Shown here piece after piece: positions 38,043 to 49,433 of a DNA stretch of 64,000 nt. Both the position numbers and the translations under genes were made by a program. Within the stretch, counting starts at the first letter, position 1; every line of letters starts with the position of its first letter. The stretch is taken from contig CAWBOS010000010.1 in NCBI GenBank assembly GCA_963790475.1, positions 736,001 through 800,000 on the forward strand, read 5' to 3'. This DNA is from an uncultured delta proteobacterium (GTDB lineage: Bacteria; Desulfobacterota; RBG-13-43-22). Below the pieces are notes generated by a model. It was not told the origin of the DNA. It made no database searches and saw only the letters and a program-made list of their open reading frames with translations.

Positions 38043-41000
38043 GTGAAACTTAAAAGATTAGAACTTAATGGATTTAAATCATTTTCAGAAAAGACAGTCG
38101 TTTCTTTCCCCAAAGGGATAAGTGGCGTTGTTGGGCCCAATGGATGCGGGAAAAGCAATATTGTGGATGCCATAAAATGGGTCATGGGAGAACAAAGCCC
38201 CAAGCAGTTACGAGGCAAAGGCATGGATGATGTGATCTTCGCCGGATCCAACGGCAAATCCTCAGTGGGCATGGCCGAAGTCTCCCTGGTTTTGGACAAT
38301 GACAACGGCTCCATCCCCCAAGAATACGCCGATTTCAGTGAGGTGGTTATAACCCGCCGATTGTTCCGGGACGGAGAAAGCGAGTACGCCATTAACAACA
38401 AGGCTTGCCGGCTTAAAGATGTTACTCATTTATTTATGGATACCGGGGTAGGGAGCAAGGCCTATTCGGTTATCGAACAAGGCCGGATCGGGGCCATTAT
38501 CGATTCGAAACCTGAAGACCGCCGACACTGGATCGAAGAAGCTGCCGGTATTTCCAGGTATAAGAGCAAAAAGAACGAAACCTTGCGTAAGTTGGAGCTG
38601 ACTCAACAGAATCTATTACGGGTTGGGGATGTTATCGCTGAAATCAAGAGACAGATGAACTCCTTGTACCGTCAGGCCAAGAAGGCTGAACGTTTTAAAG
38701 AGATCCGGAAACAATCCAAAGAAGTGGAATTAGTTCTATTAGCCAAGGAATATCAAGCGTTACTGGAAGGGAAAGGACTGAAAGAAGAAGAACTTGGCCG
38801 TCAGCAGGAACAAACCGTGGAGCTTAGAGAAGAATGTTATACGCACGAGTCCTCGTTGGAACAGCTTCAAGCGGAGCTAATGGCACTCGAAAGGCAGTTG
38901 AAAGAAAAGCAAGAGCAATTCTACCGGCAAAAGGGTGAGTTGCAGAGCCAGGAGGCCTTGATTCAACAATACCAGAAGGAATTGAAAAATCTTGGAGATG
39001 ATGCCGTTGAAATAGAAAGGGAAGTTAACGAAATCGAACAATGGTTGAATGAAAATGAAGCCAGGGAAAAGGTCCTGGCAGAAGAGGTGACTTCATTTAC
39101 CCAAACGGTGGCCCTGGAGGAAGACCAGGTTCGGGAGAAAGAACTATCACTTTCGGAATCCAAAAAAGAATTGGCCCAAAGTCAGGAACAAGGCGAACAA
39201 ACCAAAGATTTCTTAGTCACCAAGTTGACTGAGCTGACCCAGGTGAGGAATATGCGGGCCGGCTTGGTCAAACTGCGGGAAGATCGGGAGCGTCGGATTA
39301 TTCGTCAGGGTGAAGAGAAAGCGCAGTTAACAGCCCGCTTGGATTTTTTAAATACATCCCTTCTGGATATAGAGACCCGGTTGGCGGTGCAAAGGGAAGC
39401 CCTAAGAGAATTTAAAGAGAAAATAATTCAAGCTCAACAGCAGAAGATCGATATTGAAAAAATCCACAAAACCTTGGAGGGTGAATTAAGCGATTTGGAA
39501 CAGGGCTGGAAACAAGATCAGGCCCAAATCAGGAACCTGCAGGAGATCCGCGACAATTTCCAAAGTTATCAAAATGGTGTCCGAGCTTTGCTTAAGGCCG
39601 AATGGCCTGAAGAGATTAAGGAGTCCCCGACTTTCCGGCAGGTGTTGGTTGAAGGTCTGGAAACCGAACCGGGATGCGAGACGGCCGTAGAAGCAGCTTT
39701 GGGGGAAGCCCTGCAAGCCCTGATGATCCAAGACTCATCGTTCGCTGTTCAAGGAATCGACTATTTGAAAGATCAGGGTCAAGGCCGGGCCACCTTCCTT
39801 CCTATGAAACCTCCTGTATCCTCGATTAAAACAACTCCCGCGCCTTGGGAAGAAAATGGATTGGTTTCCTTATTGTCCAAAGTCTCTGCCCAACGGGAAT
39901 TTGAAGACTGGCTGAAGGTCTTATTAAGTCCTTTTGTTCTGGTTTCGGATTTAAGGGAAGGATTGGAGGTCTGGGGAAAAAACCCCGGGCAGGTCTGCGT
40001 GGTTAGCCTACAAGGAGACCTGATCGACTCCAAGGGGATTATTTCCGGCGGCAGTTCCAGAAACCCGGAGAGCGGCATCCTCTTCCAAAAGAACCTCATT
40101 CATAAACTGGAACTGAAAGTAAGGGATTGGCAGGAAAAGATCGATCAGAAAAAGGAGAGTATCCTGACCACAGAAAAAGACCTCAGTGATCGAATCCATC
40201 AATTCAAGGCCCTGGAGGACGGAAAACAAGAGAAAGAAGAGCTCATCCTGGAATTGGAGAAACGCCTGATCGGCTATCAGGAAGAAACCAAACCCATGCA
40301 GCGCCGGCTTCAATTACTCATTCTGGAAGAGGATGAATATCGGACACAGGAAGAGGATCAGGCCTTGGAAGAACAAGACCTATCCTTACAGGAAGAAACC
40401 CTGAATAAAGAAATTGAGGGGATCAGAGAAGACATTCATGACCATGAAGGAAAAAATAAAATTCTGGAAAACGACCTGGACCAAGAAAGGGAGTCTTTGA
40501 CTCTGGCCTATACCCGGGTGTCGGCCCTAAAGGAAAAGGGAGGACATATTGGACGGGAATGGGAACAATTGAAAGAATCCCTGAACGAAAAACGAAACCG
40601 ACAAAAAAGGCTTTGGGAAAAAATCCAGATCGGAAATCAGGCTCAGGCGGAATTGAGGGAAAAATCATCCTCTGGAGAGGCCTTGATTACGGGTTTACTT
40701 GCCTTGGTCAATGACTTTGAGGCTCAGATCCAGGCCGCTAATCAAAATTGGGAAAAGATGATCAAACAAAAAGAAGACTGGGAAACGGTTTTAAAAGAAA
40801 CCCGGGGTCTTCTGAATGAGGCCGAGCAGCAGGAAAACGAGCATAGAATGGAATTAGCCCAAATGGTGATGAAGATCGATCATGTAAAAGAACAGATTCT
40901 GGAACAGTCCGGACTGCCTGCGGAGGAAGTGGTTTCGACTTATTTAAAAGGCGGTGAAGATCTGGGGGCCTTAAGGGAGAGACGCAGAGAATTTAAAGAA

Positions 41001-41615
41001 AAGCTGGAACAATTAGGAGAAGTGAATTTGACCGCCCTGGAAGAATACAATGCTTTTAAGGAGCGGTATGATTTTTACCACACTCAGGAGGAGGATCTGC
41101 TTAAATCCATGGATTCCCTGAAACGGGCCATCCAAAAAATAAATTTCACTTCCAAGGAACTTTTTTTGTCCACCTTTAAAATGATTCAGGAAAAGATGAA
41201 CGAGGTTTTCCCCGTGTTGTTCGGAGGCGGCAGTGCCAAATTATCCCTGATCGATGAAGATGATCCTCTGGAATCCGGAGTAGACATTATGGTCCATCCT
41301 CCGGGAAAAAGAGTGACTAATATGACCCTTCTTTCCGGTGGGGAAAAGGCCCTTACTGCCCTGGCCCTTTTATTCTCAACCTATTTAGTTAAACCCAGCC
41401 CCTTCTGTCTATTGGACGAAATAGACGCTTTTCTGGATGAGGCCAACGTCGAACGATTCAAAAGTCTAGTCCAGAGTATCGTCCGGGATTCCCAGATTAT
41501 CCTGATTACCCACAACCGACGGATCATGGAAATGGCTGACACCCTCTATGGGGTGACTATGGAACAACCGGGGATATCCAAGCTGGTATCGGTCCGGTTG
41601 GATACCATACAATAG
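38043..41615 (+). CDS. smc: Chromosome segregation protein SMC
   Basis: KLKRLELNGFKSF, GPNGCGKSNIVDA, long coiled coils, hinge GRATFLP, LSGGEKALTALA, LDEIDA; likely GTG start 38043. Confidence 0.97.
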   Translation: MKLKRLELNGFKSFSEKTVVSFPKGISGVVGPNGCGKSNIVDAIKWVMGEQSPKQLRGKGMDDVIFAGSNGKSSVGMAEVSLVLDNDNGSIPQEYADFSEVVITRRLFRDGESEYAINNKACRLKDVTHLFMDTGVGSKAYSVIEQGRIGAIIDSKPEDRRHWIEEAAGISRYKSKKNETLRKLELTQQNLLRVGDVIAEIKRQMNSLYRQAKKAERFKEIRKQSKEVELVLLAKEYQALLEGKGLKEEELGRQQEQTVELREECYTHESSLEQLQAELMALERQLKEKQEQFYRQKGELQSQEALIQQYQKELKNLGDDAVEIEREVNEIEQWLNENEAREKVLAEEVTSFTQTVALEEDQVREKELSLSESKKELAQSQEQGEQTKDFLVTKLTELTQVRNMRAGLVKLREDRERRIIRQGEEKAQLTARLDFLNTSLLDIETRLAVQREALREFKEKIIQAQQQKIDIEKIHKTLEGELSDLEQGWKQDQAQIRNLQEIRDNFQSYQNGVRALLKAEWPEEIKESPTFRQVLVEGLETEPGCETAVEAALGEALQALMIQDSSFAVQGIDYLKDQGQGRATFLPMKPPVSSIKTTPAPWEENGLVSLLSKVSAQREFEDWLKVLLSPFVLVSDLREGLEVWGKNPGQVCVVSLQGDLIDSKGIISGGSSRNPESGILFQKNLIHKLELKVRDWQEKIDQKKESILTTEKDLSDRIHQFKALEDGKQEKEELILELEKRLIGYQEETKPMQRRLQLLILEEDEYRTQEEDQALEEQDLSLQEETLNKEIEGIREDIHDHEGKNKILENDLDQERESLTLAYTRVSALKEKGGHIGREWEQLKESLNEKRNRQKRLWEKIQIGNQAQAELREKSSSGEALITGLLALVNDFEAQIQAANQNWEKMIKQKEDWETVLKETRGLLNEAEQQENEHRMELAQMVMKIDHVKEQILEQSGLPAEEVVSTYLKGGEDLGALRERRREFKEKLEQLGEVNLTALEEYNAFKERYDFYHTQEEDLLKSMDSLKRAIQKINFTSKELFLSTFKMIQEKMNEVFPVLFGGGSAKLSLIDEDDPLESGVDIMVHPPGKRVTNMTLLSGGEKALTALALLFSTYLVKPSPFCLLDEIDAFLDEANVERFKSLVQSIVRDSQIILITHNRRIMEMADTLYGVTMEQPGISKLVSVRLDTIQ

Positions 41616-42021
41616 AGTTGGCCGCCTTTCCCATCAATAATCTGCGGCAAAGATAATATTTACACCTCTATTAAACCTATGCTAAGCTCTCTCCCATGCT
41701 ATTTAAAATTTTAATCTCCTTTTTGATAAGAGTTATCAGAAGGTCTTGTTATTGGAGTCAATCACCTATAAGGCATGAGCTTCTTTTGGCGAAGGACGAA
41801 ATTTGAACTAGGTTATAATAACCGGCCATTAACCTCTCCTGTGCCAGGTTGGGGTGAATGCTCTGCGGTCCATGAACTTAGCCCCCGGGCCGGGCTTGGG
41901 CGTTGGATTGTCTTTCGAACATTCCCAATAACAAGACCCCCAGGTATCCATCGCCTGCGGGTGAGAAATCCTAAAATTACAAAGGCCTAAGAATCTAGAA
42001 GAGTCTATTGATCTAACATCT

Positions 42022-42793
42022 ATGTTGCCACCTATGAACAGGCTAGAAGAAAAAAAAAGGATTCATCCTTGGGCAGGGGTACTTTTCCTGGCAGTCCTGC
42101 TTATCGGTCAGCAGGTCTGGGCCAAGGTCTACAGCGTTCAGATAGGAGTATTTCAAAAAGTTCAGAATGCCCAGCAGCAATTTAAGCGGCTGGAGAAATC
42201 GTTACCTACAAATTTGTTGGATCACCTCCGGATTGAAAAAACCGGAAAGGGTTATATTGTCAAGGTCGGGAAATTTAGTGACCTGGAACAGGCGCAGACC
42301 TTACTTTCAGCCATAACGCCTCTTTCTCCCGATGCCTTTATCTGGAAAGGAGATTTTATAAAGGAACAAATTTTAAAGACAGAAAAGAATCCAAACCCTC
42401 GCTGCGGATCGCTCTTCAACTGAGGGTAAGGTTTCTTCTTCCATTGAAAGGAAAAAAGATGAATCTCCCGGGAAATCCGAAATCCCCTATCCGATCAACC
42501 AAGCCCTCCTTAGAGGAACCATTCGTGAAATCAATTCCTTGGCCTCCGAAAAAATTGGATTGCCTCCCGGAAAGAAAATTTATCGACTGAAAATTCAGGT
42601 AGAAGAGAGTAAAGAAATAAAAGGGTTCCCGGATTTTTTAAAAGAAAAGGAGGGGGAGTTATTAACCGTGTTCTCGGAAACCAGTCCGCCTTTTTTCCAA
42701 CCCGGAAACAAAATTACGGCTGTCGCCGAATATCGAGGGGATCGTTTCAGCCGATTCACCTGGATCATTAAACCCCAGGCCGTCAAACCATGA
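42022..42793 (+). CDS. SPOR-domain exported protein, apparently split by a frameshift near 42400
   Basis: Signal peptide, then YSVQIGVFQKVQNA...YIVKVGKFSDLEQA SPOR domain (42022-42423); a downstream frame continues into ORF 42539-42793. Confidence 0.6.
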
Positions 42794-42852
42794 ATCTCCG
42801 AATTCCAACTTCAGATTTTCACAAAAAATAAAAGAAACCAAGGCAGGCCAAT

Positions 42853-43869
42853 ATGTTGAAATGGTTTACTCCAAAAGAACAAAAAAATAACATTGAAAAA
42901 ACTGAACCCCCCGGAGAAGACAGGGAAGGGTTTCCTGAATCCGGTGAGACCCCTGAAAATAAGAAGGGTTTTTTTGGCCGGCTGAAAGAAAGGTTGACCA
43001 AGACCCGGGAAACCTTTGTCACCCGAGTGGATCGTCTGGTTCTGGGGAAAAAAGAGATCGACGAAGACTTGTTGGAGGAATTGGAAGAAATACTGATCAC
43101 TTCGGATTTGGGGGTCATGACTACTCAAGTCCTGATTGATTCCGTTCAACAAAAGGTCAAACGAAAAGAGCTGGATGATCCCAATCGGCTGAAGGAATAT
43201 TTACAGCAAGAAATTCTTCGTTTTTTGGATGTGACCAAAAGGACGCTGGATTTTTCTAAAAAACCTTTCGTCATTCTAGTCGTCGGGGTAAACGGGGTGG
43301 GAAAAACCACCACTATCGGTAAATTGGCTCAGCGTTTTCAAGCCCAGGGGAAAAAGGTCCTATTGGTGGCCGGAGATACCTTCCGAGCAGCGGCCGGTGA
43401 ACAATTAGAGATTTGGGCCGGGCGGTCCGGAGCCGAAATCATCCGCCAGAAAGAAGGCTCCGATCCTTCGGCCGTAGTTTTTGACGCCGTTAAGGCCGCC
43501 CGGGCTCGGGAGATAGATATTGTTCTGATCGATACGGCAGGAAGACTTCATACCCGGGTAAACCTGATGGAGGAGCTGAAAAAGATTCACCGGGTAGTCC
43601 AGAAAGAGATCCCCGACGGTCCTCATCAAACCTGGTTGGTCCTGGATGCCACCATGGGGCAGAATGCCATCTCCCAAGCCCGAATTTTCAACGAGGCCAT
43701 GGAAATCAACGGGATTATCCTGACCAAATTAGACGGCACAGCCAAAGGGGGGATCATCGTCGGCATCTGCAATGAACTGAAGATTCCGATTGAATATATC
43801 GGTATCGGCGAAAAGGCGGAGGATTTACAACCCTTCAATCCTGAGGAATTCGTCCGGGCCTTATTCTGA
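42853..43869 (+). CDS. ftsY: Signal recognition particle receptor FtsY
   Basis: GVNGVGKTTTIGKLA, DTFRAAA, DTAGR, TKLDGTAKGG. Confidence 0.97.
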   Translation: MLKWFTPKEQKNNIEKTEPPGEDREGFPESGETPENKKGFFGRLKERLTKTRETFVTRVDRLVLGKKEIDEDLLEELEEILITSDLGVMTTQVLIDSVQQKVKRKELDDPNRLKEYLQQEILRFLDVTKRTLDFSKKPFVILVVGVNGVGKTTTIGKLAQRFQAQGKKVLLVAGDTFRAAAGEQLEIWAGRSGAEIIRQKEGSDPSAVVFDAVKAARAREIDIVLIDTAGRLHTRVNLMEELKKIHRVVQKEIPDGPHQTWLVLDATMGQNAISQARIFNEAMEINGIILTKLDGTAKGGIIVGICNELKIPIEYIGIGEKAEDLQPFNPEEFVRALF

Positions 43870-43921
43870 TAGGTTCGTCTAAAATAGCCTACCTGGGGTT
43901 GTTACCCTTCAGGCAGATCTT

Positions 43922-45271
43922 CTACCACTTTTCTTTTAATTGGATCTCTTTTTGATCCCCTACCACGACCAGTAGAAAATTGTCGGGTTTGAGATAGGTC
44001 CGGGCCACGCGAAGTACCTCTTCAGCCGTCACCTGATTGATAAGTTTGGTGTATTTTTCCGGGAAATCCAAACCCAGGCCATACAATTCCATGGCTGATA
44101 GGAGCCGCACCATCTTTCCATTGGTATCCATTCGCAGCGGGAAGCTTCCGGTTAAATAGGCCTTAGCCTCGGAAAGTTCTGTCGGGGAAACCCCTTGTTC
44201 AATCATTTTCTTTATTTCTTTTAATATCTCGAAAAGGCCCTGGTTGGTATTTTTATTTTCCGTTTCCACGACAATTTGAAAAGAGCCGGGGTATTCCCGG
44301 GCATCAAAAAGACTGTATATCCCATAAGTCAAGCCCAGGTTATCCCTGATATTATCCACCAGACGGGAAACGAAACCTCCTCCCCCCAGAATATAATTCA
44401 TAACCTGGAGGGCATAATAGTCCGGGTTGGATCGGGATATACCCAGGTGCCCCCAAATGATATTGGCCTGGGTGATAGGCCGATCGATTTTTTCTATCAC
44501 CGGATTGGTTAATTTCGGGGGCGGAGACAGGATGGAGCGGGAGCCGGGGGCCGGCTTCCATTCTTTGAAAAGGGGCTCAAGCAGGAGAACCCCTTCTTCC
44601 AGGGATATTTGGCCGACCATAATGACGCTGAGATTGTCTGGCCGGTAGTAGGTCTTGAAAAAATGGACTATATCTTCTCTGGCGATCGAAGAGAGGGTTA
44701 CCGGAGATCCTTCTGACAGATTGGCATAGGGATGAGTCCCGAATAGTATTTTTGAAAATGCCATGCGGGCCACCTGCCTGGGCTCTTCGTCCATACGCTT
44801 CAAACGAGCTTTCAATTCCGAAACCTTACGTTCTATCTCCGGAGGGGCAAAAAGGGGACTCAAAAGGATATCCGAAAGGATAGATAGGCCGAGGGGCAGG
44901 TCTTTTTTTAGAATGGACAGGTTTAAGGCGGCATAGTCCGATTCGCAGGAGGCGGAAAGGGAACCCCCGACCGATTCGATCTCCCGGCTTATTTGAGTGG
45001 CCTTTCTTTGAGCCGTACCCCGGGTCAGCAATTCAGCCGTCAAATTGGCCAAACCGAGCAGGTGAGGGGGATCTTGCGATGATCCGGCCCGGATCATAAC
45101 CTGAAGATGGATGGTCGGGAGTTGGCTCCTTTCGGAAACAATTAAGACTATTCCATTGGAAAGGATGGTTTTTCGAGTCAGAGGCATGGCCCCGGTCAAT
45201 GAAGAAGAAGCAACGGCTCCGGTAGAAGTTATGAAAATAGGCATTATGGTTAAGACCTTTCGGATCATCAT
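43922..45271 (-). CDS. M16B peptidase, non-catalytic subunit
   Basis: GLANLTAELL in place of HxxEH; ILGGGGFVSRL..IRDNLGLTYG (R/Y pair). Confidence 0.88.
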   Translation of the reverse strand: MMIRKVLTIMPIFITSTGAVASSSLTGAMPLTRKTILSNGIVLIVSERSQLPTIHLQVMIRAGSSQDPPHLLGLANLTAELLTRGTAQRKATQISREIESVGGSLSASCESDYAALNLSILKKDLPLGLSILSDILLSPLFAPPEIERKVSELKARLKRMDEEPRQVARMAFSKILFGTHPYANLSEGSPVTLSSIAREDIVHFFKTYYRPDNLSVIMVGQISLEEGVLLLEPLFKEWKPAPGSRSILSPPPKLTNPVIEKIDRPITQANIIWGHLGISRSNPDYYALQVMNYILGGGGFVSRLVDNIRDNLGLTYGIYSLFDAREYPGSFQIVVETENKNTNQGLFEILKEIKKMIEQGVSPTELSEAKAYLTGSFPLRMDTNGKMVRLLSAMELYGLGLDFPEKYTKLINQVTAEEVLRVARTYLKPDNFLLVVVGDQKEIQLKEKW

Positions 45272-45345
45272 TCGGTTTTTTAAAAAATCAGGCCATCGGC
45301 GATAGGCTAATCGGTAAGCAGGAATACTTTAAGACTCATAGTCTA

Positions 45346-46692
45346 TTACCCGTTGTTTTTTGGCTGATTGATGGGAATTAAAATACCCACGGTTTTATTC
45401 CGGTCCTTGAAATAGGTTTGATAGACCCGCAAAAGATCGGACTGTTGCACGGTCCGAATGCCGGGGAGAAAGGCATTCAAGTCCTTCCAGTTTCCGAGGG
45501 TTTGATATTTCCCGAGCAGGTTGGCCTGATAAAAGATGGAATCCTGGGCAAATATAAAGGCCGCTTCGATCTGGTTTTTAGCCCTTTTAATTTCCTCTTG
45601 GGTTGGGGGGACTTTTTCCCAGTCCTCCAGTTCCTGAAAAAGCCTTTTTTCAATTTGGTCCGGGGTATGACCGGGCATAGCCTGGGCATAAAAGAAGAAG
45701 AGAAAAGGATCTCTTGAAGAAAAGGCATAGTCTGCTCCCGCATCCAGGGCTTTTTGTTCCTGGTAGACTATTTTTTCATGCATCCTGGAACTTTTCCCTC
45801 CGGCCAGGATTTGGGACATGACTTCCAGCGCGAAGGAATCAGGATGGGGGAAGGATGGGACGTGATAGGCGAGGACCACAAATGGTAACTGGGCTTCCCG
45901 GCGAAGAACAACTCGTTTATCCGTCTCCTGAGACGGTTCTTTAATAGTAACGGGTCTAAGGTCTTCCCCCTTTGGAATCCGGCCGAAGGTCTTTTCAACC
46001 AAAGGTAAAAGGCTGTCTTTATCAATGTCACCGGCCACAATCAGGGTGGCATTGGCCGGTTGATAATACTTCCGGTAAAAAGAAAGAAAATCCGAGGGGA
46101 GGAGACCTTCCAGGTCTTCCATCCAACCGGTTATGGGTCTCTGGTAAGGATGAGAGTTGAAAGCCGTTCCAATGACTTCTTCAAACAGGGAAGCGGAGGG
46201 ATCGTCTTTGATCCTTAACCGGCGTTCCTCCTGCACCACCTTTCTTTCAGTATAGAAATTGACGTCATCGACCATGAGGCCGGTCATCCGATCGGATTCC
46301 AGATTCAGAGCAATTTCCAGACGGTTGGAAGCCATGTTTTCAAAATAGGCTGTATAATCCCGACCGGTGAAGGCATTGTCCTGCCCTCCATTCTTTTGAA
46401 CCAGGCGAGAAAACTGTTTGGGGCCGTATTTTTCTGTCCCCCTGAACATTAAATGCTCGGTTAGATGGGCCAATCCGGATTGCCCAGGGGATTCACTTCC
46501 TGACCCAACCTTGTACCAGACCTGAACGCTGACCACCGGTGCTTTGCGGTTGGGCAGCAAGAGGACCCGTAATCCATTGGGTAGTCGGGTTTCAGTTACC
46601 TGTTCCAGTTTTTCGGCCTGAATTCTGGAAATGGAGCCCCAGAGCAGGAAGCCTAGGGAAACAAGAGAGGCGATAAAAATAATTTTATTCAT
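45346..46692 (-). CDS. M16B zinc peptidase, catalytic subunit
   Basis: GLAHLTEHLMF (HxxEH), NAFT..DYTAY, VQEERR; signal peptide from Met at 46692. Confidence 0.92.
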   Translation of the reverse strand: MNKIIFIASLVSLGFLLWGSISRIQAEKLEQVTETRLPNGLRVLLLPNRKAPVVSVQVWYKVGSGSESPGQSGLAHLTEHLMFRGTEKYGPKQFSRLVQKNGGQDNAFTGRDYTAYFENMASNRLEIALNLESDRMTGLMVDDVNFYTERKVVQEERRLRIKDDPSASLFEEVIGTAFNSHPYQRPITGWMEDLEGLLPSDFLSFYRKYYQPANATLIVAGDIDKDSLLPLVEKTFGRIPKGEDLRPVTIKEPSQETDKRVVLRREAQLPFVVLAYHVPSFPHPDSFALEVMSQILAGGKSSRMHEKIVYQEQKALDAGADYAFSSRDPFLFFFYAQAMPGHTPDQIEKRLFQELEDWEKVPPTQEEIKRAKNQIEAAFIFAQDSIFYQANLLGKYQTLGNWKDLNAFLPGIRTVQQSDLLRVYQTYFKDRNKTVGILIPINQPKNNG

Positions 46693-46876
46693 TTCATACC
46701 CTTGCTTGACAACTTTTTTTATTTGAATTATATCATAACATAGATAATCCCTAATTTGACAAGGCATTTTTGCGAGTCTATGAGTTAATAAAGTCAGGAC
46801 ACTGGTCCTATCTTAATTTTTTGACCAGTTAACATCAATATTGTTTGTCAGACGGGATCGACGGGAGAACCAGACG

Positions 46877-47362
46877 ATGCCTTTAGAAAAAAGAGTTTGG
46901 GATGTAATGGATCCGAATTTCCAAACGGTGACTCCGGAAACCCCTTTAAGAGAAGCTTCTGCCATTCTCGGCAGTCAGAACAGGGAAAAACAGGGAAGCC
47001 TTGGTTTGGTCATTATGAGGACTTCAGGGGAATTTCTGGGCCTTTTAACAACCAAAGAAGTATTAAAATATGTGATCTACCTCCATAATAAATCAAAACG
47101 AGAGGGCAATGAACAAGACTGGGCCACACCCCTCAGCGATCAGGGTAAGGACGGATCTTTAGTTACGGTCAATGATGTCCTGGTCTTCCATGAAGTTTTC
47201 GCTCGTCCCAATCAAAGCTTGTTCGAAGTGATCCAGATCATGGATGAAAATGATTTGGAAATAATACCGGTCATTGACGCCGGAAGGGTTATCGGGGTGA
47301 TTCATAGCGCAGATATACTGGGTGAGATAGCACGAAATATCCAAGTTAAACATCGCAACTAA
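46877..47362 (+). CDS. CBS-domain protein
   Basis: RVWDVMDP..VTPETPLREA and IIPVIDAGRVIGVIHSADIL CBS pair. Confidence 0.8.
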   Translation: MPLEKRVWDVMDPNFQTVTPETPLREASAILGSQNREKQGSLGLVIMRTSGEFLGLLTTKEVLKYVIYLHNKSKREGNEQDWATPLSDQGKDGSLVTVNDVLVFHEVFARPNQSLFEVIQIMDENDLEIIPVIDAGRVIGVIHSADILGEIARNIQVKHRN

Positions 47363-47390
47363 TTTTCAGAAAGGGTCCCGGCAACGGATT

Positions 47391-48149
47391 ATGGAACGTT
47401 CGCACATCAACACCAAATACGATGAAGAACTCAATCTGTTGAAACAAAAAATCCTGCGTATGGGGGAGATGGTAGAGAATAATGTAGTCTCGGCCATTAC
47501 CTCGGTCATGTATCGGGATCCTAATATGGCCCAAAGGATAATTGAATCCGATCACCAGATCAATGAGCTGGAAGTGGACACGGAAGAAATGTGCCTGCGG
47601 CTCATTGCCCTGCGTCAGCCGGCCGGAAGGGACTTGAGGTTCATTTCCACGGCCATGAAAATCATCACCTCTTTGGAACGCATGGGAGATTTGGCAACCA
47701 ATATTTCCAGTCGGGCTTTGGAGATGGTGGAAGAACCTCGCAGCGGCGTCTGTTTTCATCTTCCGATAATGGCTGAAGCCACTGAGGATCTGGTCCATCG
47801 CTCTCTGGAGGCCTTTGTCAACGAAGATATTGAAATGGCCTTGGGAGTCTGCCGTGATGATTCCTATGTCAATGACACCTATAAGAAGGTGATCGAAGAG
47901 CTTCTTAAGATGATGGGAGAGAAATCCATCCTCATCCCTCGGGCCATGAAGATCATGCTGGTTGCCAAATACCTGGAACGGATTGCCGATCATGCGGTGC
48001 ACATGTCTGAAATGGTGGTTTTTATGGTGGCCGGAAAAATCATCCGCCATCAGGAAAAGACCCTGGATTATTTGGATGAAGAGTTTCATAAAGACCCTCA
48101 TGCCGCTTCCTCTGCTGCCACAATTAAGGGGAATCGGAAGATAAGTTAA
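47391..48149 (+). CDS. phoU: Phosphate signalling protein PhoU
   Basis: LIALRQPAGRDLR, LERMGDLA, YLERIADHA. Confidence 0.93.
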   Translation: MERSHINTKYDEELNLLKQKILRMGEMVENNVVSAITSVMYRDPNMAQRIIESDHQINELEVDTEEMCLRLIALRQPAGRDLRFISTAMKIITSLERMGDLATNISSRALEMVEEPRSGVCFHLPIMAEATEDLVHRSLEAFVNEDIEMALGVCRDDSYVNDTYKKVIEELLKMMGEKSILIPRAMKIMLVAKYLERIADHAVHMSEMVVFMVAGKIIRHQEKTLDYLDEEFHKDPHAASSAATIKGNRKIS

Positions 48150-48251
48150 ATGTTCAAAAAAGTTCGAATGGTTGTTTCCATTCACTGATCCCGCCAGTAA
48201 CGGAGAATGCCCTTGCCGGGCATTTCCAAACAAAATCAAAGGAACTGGAAT

Positions 48252-49433
48252 ATGCCGGAAGAAGTGTATATCGTCAGCGGTGTGAGAACCCCGGTCGGGG
48301 CTTTTAATGGCAGTCTCAGTACTGTGGCGGCCACCGAGTTAGGGGCGTTGGTCATTTCCGAGGCTATTTCCCGGGCCGGGTTGGACAAAGGGCAGGTGGA
48401 TGAGGTTATTATGGGCAATGTCCTTCCTGCCGGACTGGGACAGAACCCGGCCCGCCAAGCCATGCTCAAAGCCGGTCTCCCTTATGATGTCGGAGCGATC
48501 ACGGTAAACAAGGTCTGCGGTTCCGGACTAAAGGCGGTGATGTTGGCCGCCCAGGCCATAGCCCTTAAAGATGCCGAGGTGATTGTGGCCGGGGGGCTGG
48601 AAAATATGAGTCGCGCCCCTTTTTATTTGGATCAAGTCCGAACGGGGTATCGTATGGGCAACGGGGTCCTGGTAGATTCCCTTGATCATGATGGGTTGCG
48701 GGATATCAATAACGATTTTCTGATGGGAGTCAGTGCCGAGTATTGTGCTGAAAAGCATGGGGTAAGCCGGGAAGAACAGGATTTGTTCGCCTTTAATTCT
48801 TATCAAAAGGCCTTAAAGGCCAAAGGGGATGGTAAGTTTAGGGCAGAGATATTACCCGTTTCCATCCCCCGGAAGGGGAAGGGGCCCGTGGTTTTCGATC
48901 AGGACGAAATAGTCAGGGAAACCCATCTTTCAGCCCTAACTGAATTAAAACCGGCTTTTCAAAAAAACGGGACGGTAACGGCGGGGAATTCTTCCAAAAT
49001 AAGCGATGGTGCAGCGGCCCTGGTCCTGATGTCCGGGACCAAAGTCCGGGAACTTAATTTGTCCCCTCTGGCCCGGGTAGGCGCTCAAGGTTCCTCCGGT
49101 TTGGACCCCAAATACGTTTTAGTAGCCCCCTTGCTTTCCATCCCCAAGGTCCTCAAAAAAGCCGGGTTATCGATTGACGAAATTGACCTTCAAGAGGTGA
49201 ATGAGGCTTTTTCAGCGTCAACCGTCGCGGTCATCAAAGAACTGAGATTAGATCCCGAAAAAGTCAACGTCCATGGGGGCGCGGTCGCCCTGGGACATCC
49301 GATCGGGGCCAGCGGGGCCAGGGTCCTGGTTACCTTACTTTTTGCCATGAAGGACCGGGGGGCCAAAAGAGGGATGGCTTCCTTGTGTCTGGGGGGGGGA
49401 GAAGCGGTTAGTTTGATAGTGGAAAAAGCATAA
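48252..49433 (+). CDS. Acetyl-CoA C-acetyltransferase (thiolase)
   Basis: [22 protein letters not shown] and CLGGG motifs. Confidence 0.95.
   Translation: MPEEVYIVSGVRTPVGAFNGSLSTVAATELGALVISEAISRAGLDKGQVDEVIMGNVLPAGLGQNPARQAMLKAGLPYDVGAITVNKVCGSGLKAVMLAAQAIALKDAEVIVAGGLENMSRAPFYLDQVRTGYRMGNGVLVDSLDHDGLRDINNDFLMGVSAEYCAEKHGVSREEQDLFAFNSYQKALKAKGDGKFRAEILPVSIPRKGKGPVVFDQDEIVRETHLSALTELKPAFQKNGTVTAGNSSKISDGAAALVLMSGTKVRELNLSPLARVGAQGSSGLDPKYVLVAPLLSIPKVLKKAGLSIDEIDLQEVNEAFSASTVAVIKELRLDPEKVNVHGGAVALGHPIGASGARVLVTLLFAMKDRGAKRGMASLCLGGGEAVSLIVEKA

Noticed and set aside
41640-42020. SRP/6S RNA or 71-aa ORF between smc and the SPOR gene
   Set aside because: No SRP core (CAGG..GGAAG..AGCAG) recognised; the ORF has no clear RBS or motif.
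47346-48239. 297-aa minus-strand ORF, and similar long antisense ORFs (e.g. 51058-51645, 52420-52932)
   Set aside because: Antisense shadows of phoU and the acyl-CoA dehydrogenases, caused by codon bias.
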